From: Rickettsiales bacterium | Lineage (GTDB): Bacteria; Margulisbacteria; Marinamargulisbacteria; GCA-2716485; GCA-002719695 | DNA: 42,052 nt | Assembly: GCA_038120575.1 (NCBI GenBank) | Contig: JAYOLY010000003.1 | Coordinates: 4,988-47,039, forward strand | Direction of reading: 5' to 3' | In this document: positions 28,919 to 37,160 of the stretch, in pieces | Numbering within the stretch: position 1 is the stretch's first letter | How the letters are laid out: every line of letters starts with the position of its first letter | Notes under the pieces: model-generated | Database searches by the model: none | Told to the model about the DNA's origin: nothing | What the model saw: the letters and a program-made list of their open reading frames with translations, nothing else | Position numbers and translations under genes: made by a program

Positions 28919-28948
28919 TTGGAAAAATAAATAGATTTATGATAAAAT
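28919..28948 (+). promoter_or_regulatory. candidate sigma-70 promoter for tRNA-Glu (-35 TTGGAA, 18-nt spacer, -10 TAAAAT)
   Basis: TTGGAA at 28919-28924 and TAAAAT at 28943-28948, about 17 nt upstream of the mature tRNA 5' end. AT-rich DNA produces many such matches by chance. Confidence 0.35.
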
Positions 28949-28964
28949 TTTCTCAACTAATCAC

Positions 28965-29039
28965 GGCCCTATCGTCTAGGGGTTAGGACACCAGGTTTTC
29001 ATCCTGGCAGCCGGGGTTCGAATCCCCGTAGGGCTACCA
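28965..29039 (+). tRNA. tRNA-Glu (anticodon UUC), CCA encoded
   Basis: GGCCCTATCGTCTAGGGGTTAGGACACCAGGTTTTCATCCTGGCAGCCGGGGTTCGAATCCCCGTAGGGCTACCA. It has a 7-bp acceptor stem with a G1-U72 wobble. The anticodon stem is CCAGG/CCTGG with loop TTTTCAT. The T arm is CGGGG-TTCGAAT-CCCCG, and the D arm (TCTAGGGGTTAGGA) is typical of tRNA-Glu. Confidence 0.95.
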
Positions 29040-29061
29040 AACATCTTAATAAAACTAATCA

Positions 29062-29622
29062 TCAACCCTCTGCTTGATACAAAAATCTCCACAAAACATC
29101 TTTATTTTTTTTTATACCAATTCGTTTTGTTTCCAAAACAGAAAAACTAGCTGATGTATTGTCATAAATTTTTAATGGACACTCTAAAGATAAAGAGACA
29201 TTATTTAAAGTTTTAGGAATCCCTAACCCCATCATCAATTTTGCAGGACCATTTGTTAATTGTGAATCTCGACAATGTTGTCTATTGTGCTGAATTAAAG
29301 ATAAGTTTATTGTTGGAATAATCCCTCTAATTAAAACAGCACACCCCCTCCCCTTTTTTTCAGTAACAATATTTAAGCAATAATACATGCCATAAATAAA
29401 ATAAATATAAATTGTACCTGGGTCTCCATACATAACCTGATTACGTGCTGTTTGCTTTCCATTAAATGTATGACTAGCCTCGTCTTCTTGAGTATAGGCT
29501 TCCGTTTCATTAATAATGCCACCTAAACCACCCTTAGAAGATTCAAAAACCAATTCTTTACCAATTAATTTCTTAGCAACCGAAACCGTATCATCATTAA
29601 AAAATTCGTTTGTTAAAATCAT
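29062..29622 (-). CDS. mpg: DNA-3-methyladenine glycosylase (Mpg/AAG family)
   Basis: Motifs VAKKLIGKELV, ETEAYTQEDEASHTFNGKQTARNQVMYG and IYIYFIYGMYYCLNIV. Confidence 0.9.
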   Translation of the reverse strand: MILTNEFFNDDTVSVAKKLIGKELVFESSKGGLGGIINETEAYTQEDEASHTFNGKQTARNQVMYGDPGTIYIYFIYGMYYCLNIVTEKKGRGCAVLIRGIIPTINLSLIQHNRQHCRDSQLTNGPAKLMMGLGIPKTLNNVSLSLECPLKIYDNTSASFSVLETKRIGIKKNKDVLWRFLYQAEG

Positions 29623-29666
29623 AATCTATGATAGTGTAAAAGTAATTCACACAAAAAAAAAGAAAA

Positions 29667-30404
29667 ATGGATAAAGAAACATTTAAAAAACATATTGAAG
29701 AAGAACACAGAGAACACGCAATCGCACAACATCTCAAAGAATTTATTTATGGTGGAAGTGATGGCATTGTGACAACATTTGCAGTCGTAGCTGGCTTTTC
29801 TGGTGCAAATCTTGGTCAAAACACCTTAAATCTTTCGGTTATATCTGTTCTGTTATTTGGACTAGCTAATTTATTTGCAGATGGAGCTGCTATGGGGTTA
29901 GGTAGTTTGTTATCTATTCGTTCTCACAAAAAACTCTATGACAACGCTTACAAAAAAGAATTAAAAGAAATTAAGCAATCAAACGAGTTTGAAATTCTTG
30001 AAACAGAACATATATTTGAAGAAAATGGATATTCAAAAACAGATTCATCTTCACTTACAAAATTAATTGCAAAAAACCCATCATTCTGGGCAAAGTTTAT
30101 GGTTCAACACGAACTTGAACTCTCTAATCCTGAACATGAAAACGAATATTTAAATGGGCTTGCAACATTTATGTCATTTTTAATTTTTGGTTTCATTCCT
30201 CTTGTACCCTATTTCTTTAATTTTCCACAAGAAAACTTGTTTTTCTACTCATCCGTTGCTACGCTCCTATCATTGTGTCTTCTAGGCACATTAAGATCTT
30301 ACCTTGCAAAAGAAAATATAGTAACGGCCGTTCTAGAAGTACTCTTTGTTGGAATTATTTCATCATCATTAGCTTATTTTGTTGGTTTTTTATTTAAAGT
30401 TTAA
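29667..30404 (+). CDS. VIT1/CCC1 family iron/manganese transporter
   Basis: N-terminal cytosolic HxEEH... segment, then GGSDGIVTTFAVVAGFSGA and C-terminal TM helices typical of VIT1. Confidence 0.85.
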   Translation: MDKETFKKHIEEEHREHAIAQHLKEFIYGGSDGIVTTFAVVAGFSGANLGQNTLNLSVISVLLFGLANLFADGAAMGLGSLLSIRSHKKLYDNAYKKELKEIKQSNEFEILETEHIFEENGYSKTDSSSLTKLIAKNPSFWAKFMVQHELELSNPEHENEYLNGLATFMSFLIFGFIPLVPYFFNFPQENLFFYSSVATLLSLCLLGTLRSYLAKENIVTAVLEVLFVGIISSSLAYFVGFLFKV

Positions 30405-30527
30405 AATATTTATAAAAACAATCATTGTATAATTTAAACATACATAAAATTTAACTAACTACCTAGTAACTATTTAAAAGACTTAATTGATACTTTACTT
30501 GATGAAGAAGCTGTAGAAAGTTAAAAA

Positions 30528-30737
30528 TTGAAAACAGCAAAACATGAATTCGTTCTTTTTTTAACTTTATTTAAAAAAGACTCACCGGATAGAAATATGC
30601 TAATTGATAAATTGGTTACGTTTACAACTGAAGAAGAATCACATTCTGCTGCAAAAGTACAATCTGAACCTGAATACACATTTGAAAGATTAAAATTAAC
30701 AATGAAAAACATTTATAATGAAAAAAGTGAATATTAA
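30528..30737 (+). CDS. hypothetical small protein (69 aa from TTG, or 46 aa from ATG 30597); coding status uncertain
   Basis: An ORF in an otherwise empty 400-nt gap, followed 24 nt later by a strong hairpin terminator. No clear SD and no family recognised. Confidence 0.3.
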   Translation: MKTAKHEFVLFLTLFKKDSPDRNMLIDKLVTFTTEEESHSAAKVQSEPEYTFERLKLTMKNIYNEKSEY

Positions 30738-30760
30738 ACATATATAATCTTAATTAAAAA

Positions 30761-30782
30761 AGGTAGGCAAGTTTGCCTACCT
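30761..30782. terminator. bidirectional intrinsic terminator between the small ORF and yceI
   Basis: Complementary arms AGGTAGGCAA / TTGCCTACCT, flanked by an A5 run upstream and a T run downstream. Confidence 0.78.
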
Positions 30783-30810
30783 TTTAAATAATTATTTAAA
30801 AAAACTAAAC

Positions 30811-31410
30811 TTATTTAGCTTCTATTCCTTGGATTAAAGCAGTAATTGTTACATCTTTTCCAACAACAAACTGTCCAGTTTCAATTACACTGTCCCAGTT
30901 AACATTATAATCAAATCGGTTAATGGTAAATGTTGTTTCAAATGCCATTCTGTTATTTCCCCAGTTATCTTTAACCGGACCTTTAACTACTAAAGGAGCA
31001 ACAATACGCTTGGTAACATTTTTCATAGTTAAATTAGCAAATAATGTATACTCACCTTTAACTTTGGTAGGTCTAATTTTAATTGATTTTAAATTAATTT
31101 TAGGATATTGAACCAAATCAAAAAAGTCAGGTGCAATTAAATGTTCATCTCGCTTTGCATTGTTTGTATCAATACTTTTTACAAAAACATTTCCTTCAAA
31201 AGAAGACTTTTTTAACTTGGTTGGATCCCAATTAATTTGACCTGAAAATTCATTAAAAACACCTTTTACTTTTGAGATTAATAAATGTGTAACTTCAAAT
31301 TCAACACTAGAATGTGAAGAATCGATATTATATACAGTTGCAAATGCTGTAGAATGCAAAAGTAACGCACACACAAATCCTATTGAAATTTTTTTTATTG
31401 AATTAATCAT
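30811..31410 (-). CDS. yceI: YceI family periplasmic polyisoprenoid-binding protein
   Basis: Signal peptide (..LLLHSTAFA/TV), followed by YNIDSSHSSVEFEVTHLLISKVKGVFNEFSG and AKRDEHL. Confidence 0.88.
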   Translation of the reverse strand: MINSIKKISIGFVCALLLHSTAFATVYNIDSSHSSVEFEVTHLLISKVKGVFNEFSGQINWDPTKLKKSSFEGNVFVKSIDTNNAKRDEHLIAPDFFDLVQYPKINLKSIKIRPTKVKGEYTLFANLTMKNVTKRIVAPLVVKGPVKDNWGNNRMAFETTFTINRFDYNVNWDSVIETGQFVVGKDVTITALIQGIEAK

Positions 31411-31455
31411 AAGAACCCCTTCTTTATTATTTTATACTAAACTATCACAAAGCAA

Positions 31456-32238
31456 TTAAGAATTCAAAATCAAATTTAAACTATCGACACTAAATTCATC
31501 TTGATACATTAATTGTCTGGAAACATTTATTAAACATAACTTATCTGAATTGATTGCAACAGATGAAACATCTAAATAACGACCTCCCTGGGCACCAACA
31601 CCAGGCAATAAAAAAAGTAAATTCGGGTCAATGGCTCTTATACGATCTAAATTGTCATGCGTTGCACCAACAACACATCCAACATTTTTATATATTGAAT
31701 GCCAATCACTACACTTAGACAAAACAGACTCATATAGATATTTATCTGAGTTTAATAAAAGTGTTTCAAACTCGTTATGTGACGGATTTGATGTTAAAAC
31801 CAGTACAAAATTAAATTTATCTTTATATTCAAAAAAAGGGATTAAACTATCAGATCCCATGTAAGGATGTAATGTTGTGGCATCTGCATTAAAATAATCA
31901 AAAATATATCTTGCCTGCATTTTGGCAGTATTACCAATATCACCACGCTTAGCATCAATAATAATGGGAATATCTGATGAAATTAAAGAAATTATACGTT
32001 CTAATAATTTTAATCCATCAATACCCAAGGCTTCAAAAAAAGAAATATTAGGTTTATAAGCTAACACATGTTGATTACAAAAATGAATATAATCAGCTAA
32101 AAAAGATTCTAATCCATTCAAAGACTGAGCATATCGAGATGGCAATTTAGACATATCTGGATCAATGCCGGCACATATAAAATGACCTATTTTTTCATAT
32201 CGCTTTAAACACTTATCAATAAAATAATGATTACTCAA
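31456..32238 (-). CDS. pyrF: orotidine 5'-phosphate decarboxylase, type 2
   Basis: Motifs CAGIDPD, IIIDAKRGDIGNTA and LPGVGAQGG. The track start is ATG 32283. The TTG at 32236-32238 overlaps the upstream stop (TTGAGTAA) and gives a family-typical N-terminal length. Confidence 0.9.
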   Translation of the reverse strand: MSNHYFIDKCLKRYEKIGHFICAGIDPDMSKLPSRYAQSLNGLESFLADYIHFCNQHVLAYKPNISFFEALGIDGLKLLERIISLISSDIPIIIDAKRGDIGNTAKMQARYIFDYFNADATTLHPYMGSDSLIPFFEYKDKFNFVLVLTSNPSHNEFETLLLNSDKYLYESVLSKCSDWHSIYKNVGCVVGATHDNLDRIRAIDPNLLFLLPGVGAQGGRYLDVSSVAINSDKLCLINVSRQLMYQDEFSVDSLNLILNS

Positions 32239-32638
32239 TAGACTCAATATTATATGAATTGCTTTGATTAAAAACAGTTTCATTAAACACTAAAACTTTT
32301 TGAATTATCAAACCGGAATCTTGAAGCATTAACATGACATCTTCAGCAGCTTGATCATGATCAAACACGAGAACAACTACTTTTTCACCAGACAAATAAG
32401 ACCCCTCAATCGATTTATTGGTTCCATAACCTTTTGTTTGTTTACGGGTGATAATAAAAGGTTTATTTACAGATACACTTAACAAAGATGTCAAAGATAA
32501 TGGAAGTAAATCAACTGAAACAAGTCTATCAAAAGACATTGATTCTAGTTTATCTTTCACTTGTTCAAGAAGTTGATACATTTGAGCTGAATCTAAAGTA
32601 TGAAAACAATGTTGAGTGAGTTGTTGACTTATCGACAT
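32231..32638 (-). CDS. truncated orotate phosphoribosyltransferase-like protein with a degenerate PRPP-binding loop
   Basis: FDRLVSVDLLPLSL...FIITRKQTKGYGTNKSIEGSYLSGEKVVVLVFDHDQAAEDVMLMLQDSGLIIQKVLVF is colinear with the PyrE core (..GIP.A...RKE.K.HG....IEG....G.KV..V.DVITTG.S). The N-terminal hood of about 50 aa is absent, and the DVITTG(T/S) loop reads FDHDQAAE. Confidence 0.6.
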   Translation of the reverse strand: MSISQQLTQHCFHTLDSAQMYQLLEQVKDKLESMSFDRLVSVDLLPLSLTSLLSVSVNKPFIITRKQTKGYGTNKSIEGSYLSGEKVVVLVFDHDQAAEDVMLMLQDSGLIIQKVLVFNETVFNQSNSYNIESIE

Positions 32639-32736
32639 GTGCTAATGATATTGTATTTTAAATAACATTGCAATTAAGGATTAACATTGAAAAAACAATT
32701 ACTTTGGTTGCTATTAAAAGCTATAATAGTCAACCT

Positions 32737-34806
32737 ATGAACAAAAAACAAATTCAAGCTAATAAAAAAATTAAAAAAATAACCACCCACAATCATACTA
32801 GACACGACCCATATTATTGGATGAGATTAAGTGATACTCAAAAAAATTCATCTTCCCAAGATACACAAACCAAAGAGGTTTTAAGCTACATTAAAAAAGA
32901 AAATAAATTTACAAAACAATCTTTACAACACACAGCATCATTACAAAAAGAATTATTCAAAGAAATAACAAATCGAATTAAAAAAGACGACCAATCAGTT
33001 CCGTACTATTATCAAGGATATTGGTACTATGTACGATTTCAAAAGAAACATGAGTATCCAATTTATTGTCGAAAAAAAGAATCCCTTAAAGCCAAAGAAG
33101 AAATTGTACTAAATGTAAATGACCTAGCTAAAGGTTATGATTATTTCAAAGTAGTTGGTCTAGAAATAAGTCCAAACAACGATCTTTGTTTATTTGGTGT
33201 AGATACAACAGGAAGACGAAGCTACACATTACATATAAAAAATTTAATCAACAACACCATCAGCAAAAAAACAATCAAACATACGTCAGGAGGCTATGCA
33301 TGGGCAAACGACAATAAAACATTTTTTTATACTAGAAAAAACATAAAAACACTCTTACCTGAAAAAGTATATCGACACACGTTAAATGACAAGAAAAAAG
33401 ATACACTTATTTATCAAGAACATGATAAAAAATATTATACAACTGTATATAAATCCAAATCAGAAAAATTCATTATCATCTGCAATAGTTCTACATTAAG
33501 TGACGATTACCATATTATTGATGCAAATAATCCACAAGCTGAATATAAAACATTTACACAAAGAGAACAGAATCTTGAATATAGTATTTATCATTACCAA
33601 AACTCTTTTTACATTCTCACAAATTGGAACGCTAAAAATTTTAGATTAATGAAAACAGATCAAGATAAAACAGAAAAAAAATATTGGAGTGAAATCATTA
33701 CACATAGAGACGACGTCCTTATCCAAGATATTGATATATTTGAAAATCATCTTGTCATTAGCGAACAACACAATGCCCTTCAACATATTAGAATTATTAA
33801 CCAAAAAACACAAAAAGAACATTATATCCCGTTTAAAGAACCAGTTTATTCTATTCATACGTCAACTAATGTTTCGTTTAAAACAAATAAGCTTAGACTT
33901 GTTTTTTCATCACTTAAAACACCGTCCAAAACAATAGAATATGATATGGATAATAAAACATCTAAATTACTCAAACAACAAGAGATAATTGGAGGGCATA
34001 CATCAACAGATTTCATAACACAAAGGCTTTATGCAACTGCGCCAGACGGGACTCAAATCCCAATCTCAATCATTTACCATAAATCATTTAAAAAAAATGG
34101 GACTGGAAAGCTGCTGCTATATGGGTATGGATCCTATGGCATTACAATTGATCCAAGTTTTAATTCGAGCAGTTTAAGTTTACTTCATAGAGGCTTTGCG
34201 TTTGCCATTGCACATGTTCGTGGAAGTCAAGCAAACGGAAAAACATGGTACGAAAATGGAAAACTACTAAAAAAAATGAATACATTTACAGATTTTATTG
34301 CAGCAAGCGAACACTTAATTAATAATAACTATACAAATAAAGATAATCTTGTAGCAATGGGAGGAAGTGCCGGCGGACTTTTAATGGGAGTCGTTGCAAA
34401 CCTCCGACCAGATTTATATAAAGGAATCGTATCAGCTGTACCATTTGTTGATGTATTAACAACCATGCTTGATGAATCTATTCCATTAACTATTGGTGAA
34501 TTTGATGAATGGGGAAACCCTAAAGACAAAACATATTATGACTACATATTAAGCTATTCACCCTACGACAATATAAAAAAACAAAACTACCCTAACATGC
34601 TCATTACTTCAGGATATTTCGATTCTCAAGTTCAATATTGGGAACCCTTAAAATATGTAGCTAAACTTCGGGACAACTGGCTTGGATCCAATCAATTATA
34701 TTTACACATGGAAATGAATGCTGGTCATGGTGGAAAATCTGGGCGATTAAAACCATACAAAGAAACAGCATTAATTTATGCGTTTTTAATAGATATATTA
34801 AAATAA
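32737..34806 (+). CDS. ptrB: oligopeptidase B (peptidase S9A)
   Basis: An HDPYYWMR N-terminal motif, a beta-propeller region, the GGSAGGLL catalytic Ser motif and a distal GHGG. The track ORF starts at TTG 32668; ATG 32737 matches family N-termini. Confidence 0.9.
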   Translation: MNKKQIQANKKIKKITTHNHTRHDPYYWMRLSDTQKNSSSQDTQTKEVLSYIKKENKFTKQSLQHTASLQKELFKEITNRIKKDDQSVPYYYQGYWYYVRFQKKHEYPIYCRKKESLKAKEEIVLNVNDLAKGYDYFKVVGLEISPNNDLCLFGVDTTGRRSYTLHIKNLINNTISKKTIKHTSGGYAWANDNKTFFYTRKNIKTLLPEKVYRHTLNDKKKDTLIYQEHDKKYYTTVYKSKSEKFIIICNSSTLSDDYHIIDANNPQAEYKTFTQREQNLEYSIYHYQNSFYILTNWNAKNFRLMKTDQDKTEKKYWSEIITHRDDVLIQDIDIFENHLVISEQHNALQHIRIINQKTQKEHYIPFKEPVYSIHTSTNVSFKTNKLRLVFSSLKTPSKTIEYDMDNKTSKLLKQQEIIGGHTSTDFITQRLYATAPDGTQIPISIIYHKSFKKNGTGKLLLYGYGSYGITIDPSFNSSSLSLLHRGFAFAIAHVRGSQANGKTWYENGKLLKKMNTFTDFIAASEHLINNNYTNKDNLVAMGGSAGGLLMGVVANLRPDLYKGIVSAVPFVDVLTTMLDESIPLTIGEFDEWGNPKDKTYYDYILSYSPYDNIKKQNYPNMLITSGYFDSQVQYWEPLKYVAKLRDNWLGSNQLYLHMEMNAGHGGKSGRLKPYKETALIYAFLIDILK

Positions 34807-35760
34807 TTAAATAAATTTAATCGATGGATTCAATAACAAATTTAATAATGCCATTCTAACAAAAACACCATTTTTAGCTTGCTCAAAATAATATGCCTTT
34901 GGATCATTATCAATAGATTTATCCATTTCATCAACTCTTGGTAGTGGATGTAAAATCATTAAATCTGGCTTTGAAACATTTAAATGATCTTGAGTTAAAA
35001 AAAACAATTTAGACTGAACGTCACTGGTCATACGTTCTTTTTGTACACGAGTGATATACAATACATCACACTGAGATATTGCATCTGACAATTCAGATGG
35101 TTTATAAAAAACACAGTCTTTGCCTTTCAAAACAGCTTTTATATCAGAGGATAACTCGAATCCATCTTGCGAAATAAAGATAAAAGAAATATCAAATTTT
35201 GCTAACGCTTTTATTGTAGAATTAACAGTACGAGCATATTTAAGATCACCAAAAAAAGCAACTTTTAAACCATCAATATTTTTTTTATGTTTAAAAATAG
35301 TATATAAATCAAGCAAGGCTTGAGTTGGATGTTCATGTCCCCCATCTCCAGCATTTATAATTGGAACATCTGAGGTTTGAGCAATTTTATTACAAGATTC
35401 AGCCTCAGGATGCCTTACCACAATTAAATCTGCATATTGACTGACAACCTTTCCCATATCTTCTAGCGTCTCCCCCTTTTGAATAGAAGTAGACCGTCCA
35501 TCTTCAACAGTAACTACTTGCCCGCCACATCGAAACATAGCGCTTTCAAACGATAGACGTGTACGAGTACTCGACTCAAAAAAAAGAGTAGCTAATATTT
35601 TCCCTCTTAAACTTTCAACAAAATGTGATGGATTAAAATTAATACCTTCGACAAATTGAAAAAAATCTAATAATTGATTTTTAGAAAATTGATCAATACT
35701 AAAAATATGATAATGTGATTCTAAGGAACTTGATAGTGTAAGATTCATCTTCTCCCCCAT
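34807..35760 (-). CDS. pyrB: aspartate carbamoyltransferase catalytic subunit
   Basis: Motifs STRTRLSFE, HPTQALLD, TRVQKERM and HPLPRVDE. Confidence 0.95.
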   Translation of the reverse strand: MGEKMNLTLSSSLESHYHIFSIDQFSKNQLLDFFQFVEGINFNPSHFVESLRGKILATLFFESSTRTRLSFESAMFRCGGQVVTVEDGRSTSIQKGETLEDMGKVVSQYADLIVVRHPEAESCNKIAQTSDVPIINAGDGGHEHPTQALLDLYTIFKHKKNIDGLKVAFFGDLKYARTVNSTIKALAKFDISFIFISQDGFELSSDIKAVLKGKDCVFYKPSELSDAISQCDVLYITRVQKERMTSDVQSKLFFLTQDHLNVSKPDLMILHPLPRVDEMDKSIDNDPKAYYFEQAKNGVFVRMALLNLLLNPSIKFI

Positions 35761-35772
35761 AGGATTATGAGA

Positions 35773-36420
35773 TTAATCTTCTCCAGATTCTTCCTCTGCT
35801 TCTCCACCTTCAGCATCTGCATCAGCAACTTCTACATCATCAGCTAAATCTTCTTTTTTACGTGGAGCTTCAATTCTAACAACTATATTTTTAGAAAATG
35901 TAACAAGTTCAAATTCATCTCCGCAAATATCTGAAGCCGTTAAAAAAGACCCTACATCTAAAGTCGATAAATCTACATCTAGCTTCAATGGAATGTTTGC
36001 AGGATTAGCTTTGATAGTCAGTGTATCTAATTTTTTAATTAATGTTCCACCAACCTTAGTGCCAGGAGCAACGCCATTAAAACTTAAAGGCACATTGACT
36101 TTAACCGGCTTGCCTTCTTCAACTCTAAAGAAATCGATATGTGTAACTTTTCTTGATAGAGGATCAATATCAACTGAATATGAAATAACTTGCTCAGTAG
36201 TTGTTTTCTTACCATCAGAAATATTTAAACTAATAATGGTATTTTTTCCAGATTCATTTTTTAATAATTTGTAGTAATCAGACTCATTAACAGTTACTGA
36301 TACTGTTTCTTGCTGCGATCCGTAAATAACAGCCGGTATACGACCGGAATATCTTACTTTTTTTACTTCATTCTTATTTGTTACTTTTCTTTTTTCTGAA
36401 TCTAATGTTTTTGTTTCCAT
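35773..36420 (-). CDS. rplY: 50S ribosomal protein L25 (Ctc/general stress form) with an acidic C-terminal tail
   Basis: Motifs RYSGRIPAVIYG and VTHIDFFRV. It has a two-domain Ctc length of 215 aa and a D/E-rich tail. It ends 12 nt upstream of pyrB. Confidence 0.9.
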   Translation of the reverse strand: METKTLDSEKRKVTNKNEVKKVRYSGRIPAVIYGSQQETVSVTVNESDYYKLLKNESGKNTIISLNISDGKKTTTEQVISYSVDIDPLSRKVTHIDFFRVEEGKPVKVNVPLSFNGVAPGTKVGGTLIKKLDTLTIKANPANIPLKLDVDLSTLDVGSFLTASDICGDEFELVTFSKNIVVRIEAPRKKEDLADDVEVADADAEGGEAEEESGED

Positions 36421-36518
36421 AATTTCACCAAAATTTAAATAGTTTTAGTATTATAACCAACAAGAGCAATTATGAAAAGAGCAGAAAAATTCAAAATTCA
36501 CCCAAAAAAACAAAAAAT

Positions 36519-37160
36519 TCAAATGTTTTTTTTGCAAAAAAGAGCTACTGAGCACATATCACATAAAGGTTTTCGAGACGGGCAAATTTTGCGACCATGA
36601 ACAATCAACAATGTTGACATATCCGACCATATTTCAGGATCCCATATTTTTTGAAGATCAAACTCAACTTTAACAGGATCTTTTTCTTTAGTGAATCCCA
36701 TTCGATTAACTAGCCGTTTAAGATGTGTATCCACTGTAATACCAGGTTTACCAAAAGCTTGACCTAATACAACATTTGCTGTTTTTCTTCCCACCCCAGG
36801 AAGCGCAATTAATTGATCTAAATCATCCGGAACAAAACCATTAAATTTTTCAATCAAAATATGAGCTGTTTTAATAATATTTTTGGCTTTGGTTTTAAAG
36901 TAGTTAATAGATTTCAACAAAAACTGAACATGCTCTTCACTCGCAACAGATAACAAGTCAGGTGTTGGATAAGCATCAAACAAGGCTGGTGTTGTTAAAT
37001 TCACACGTTCATCAGTACATTGAGCAGATAAAATTACAGCAATTAAAAGTTGAAAAGGACTTTTATGATCTAAAAATGTCGTAACTCCGGGATAATCATT
37101 TTTAAGAGAATTATATATGTTTACAGACCGTGTTTTTTTGGATGTACTGGATTCAGCCAT
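36519..37160 (-). CDS. nth: endonuclease III
   Basis: The HhH-GPD motif LPGVGRKTANVVL and the 4Fe-4S cluster loop CPSRKPLCDMCSVALFC. Confidence 0.95.
   Translation of the reverse strand: MAESSTSKKTRSVNIYNSLKNDYPGVTTFLDHKSPFQLLIAVILSAQCTDERVNLTTPALFDAYPTPDLLSVASEEHVQFLLKSINYFKTKAKNIIKTAHILIEKFNGFVPDDLDQLIALPGVGRKTANVVLGQAFGKPGITVDTHLKRLVNRMGFTKEKDPVKVEFDLQKIWDPEIWSDMSTLLIVHGRKICPSRKPLCDMCSVALFCKKNI

Noticed and set aside
28820-29061. tRNA-Glu as the integration site of a genomic island carrying the LRR gene.
   Set aside because: There is no integrase, no direct repeat of the tRNA 3' end and no mobile-element genes. The LRR gene lies on the 5' side of the tRNA, whereas islands normally insert at the 3' end.
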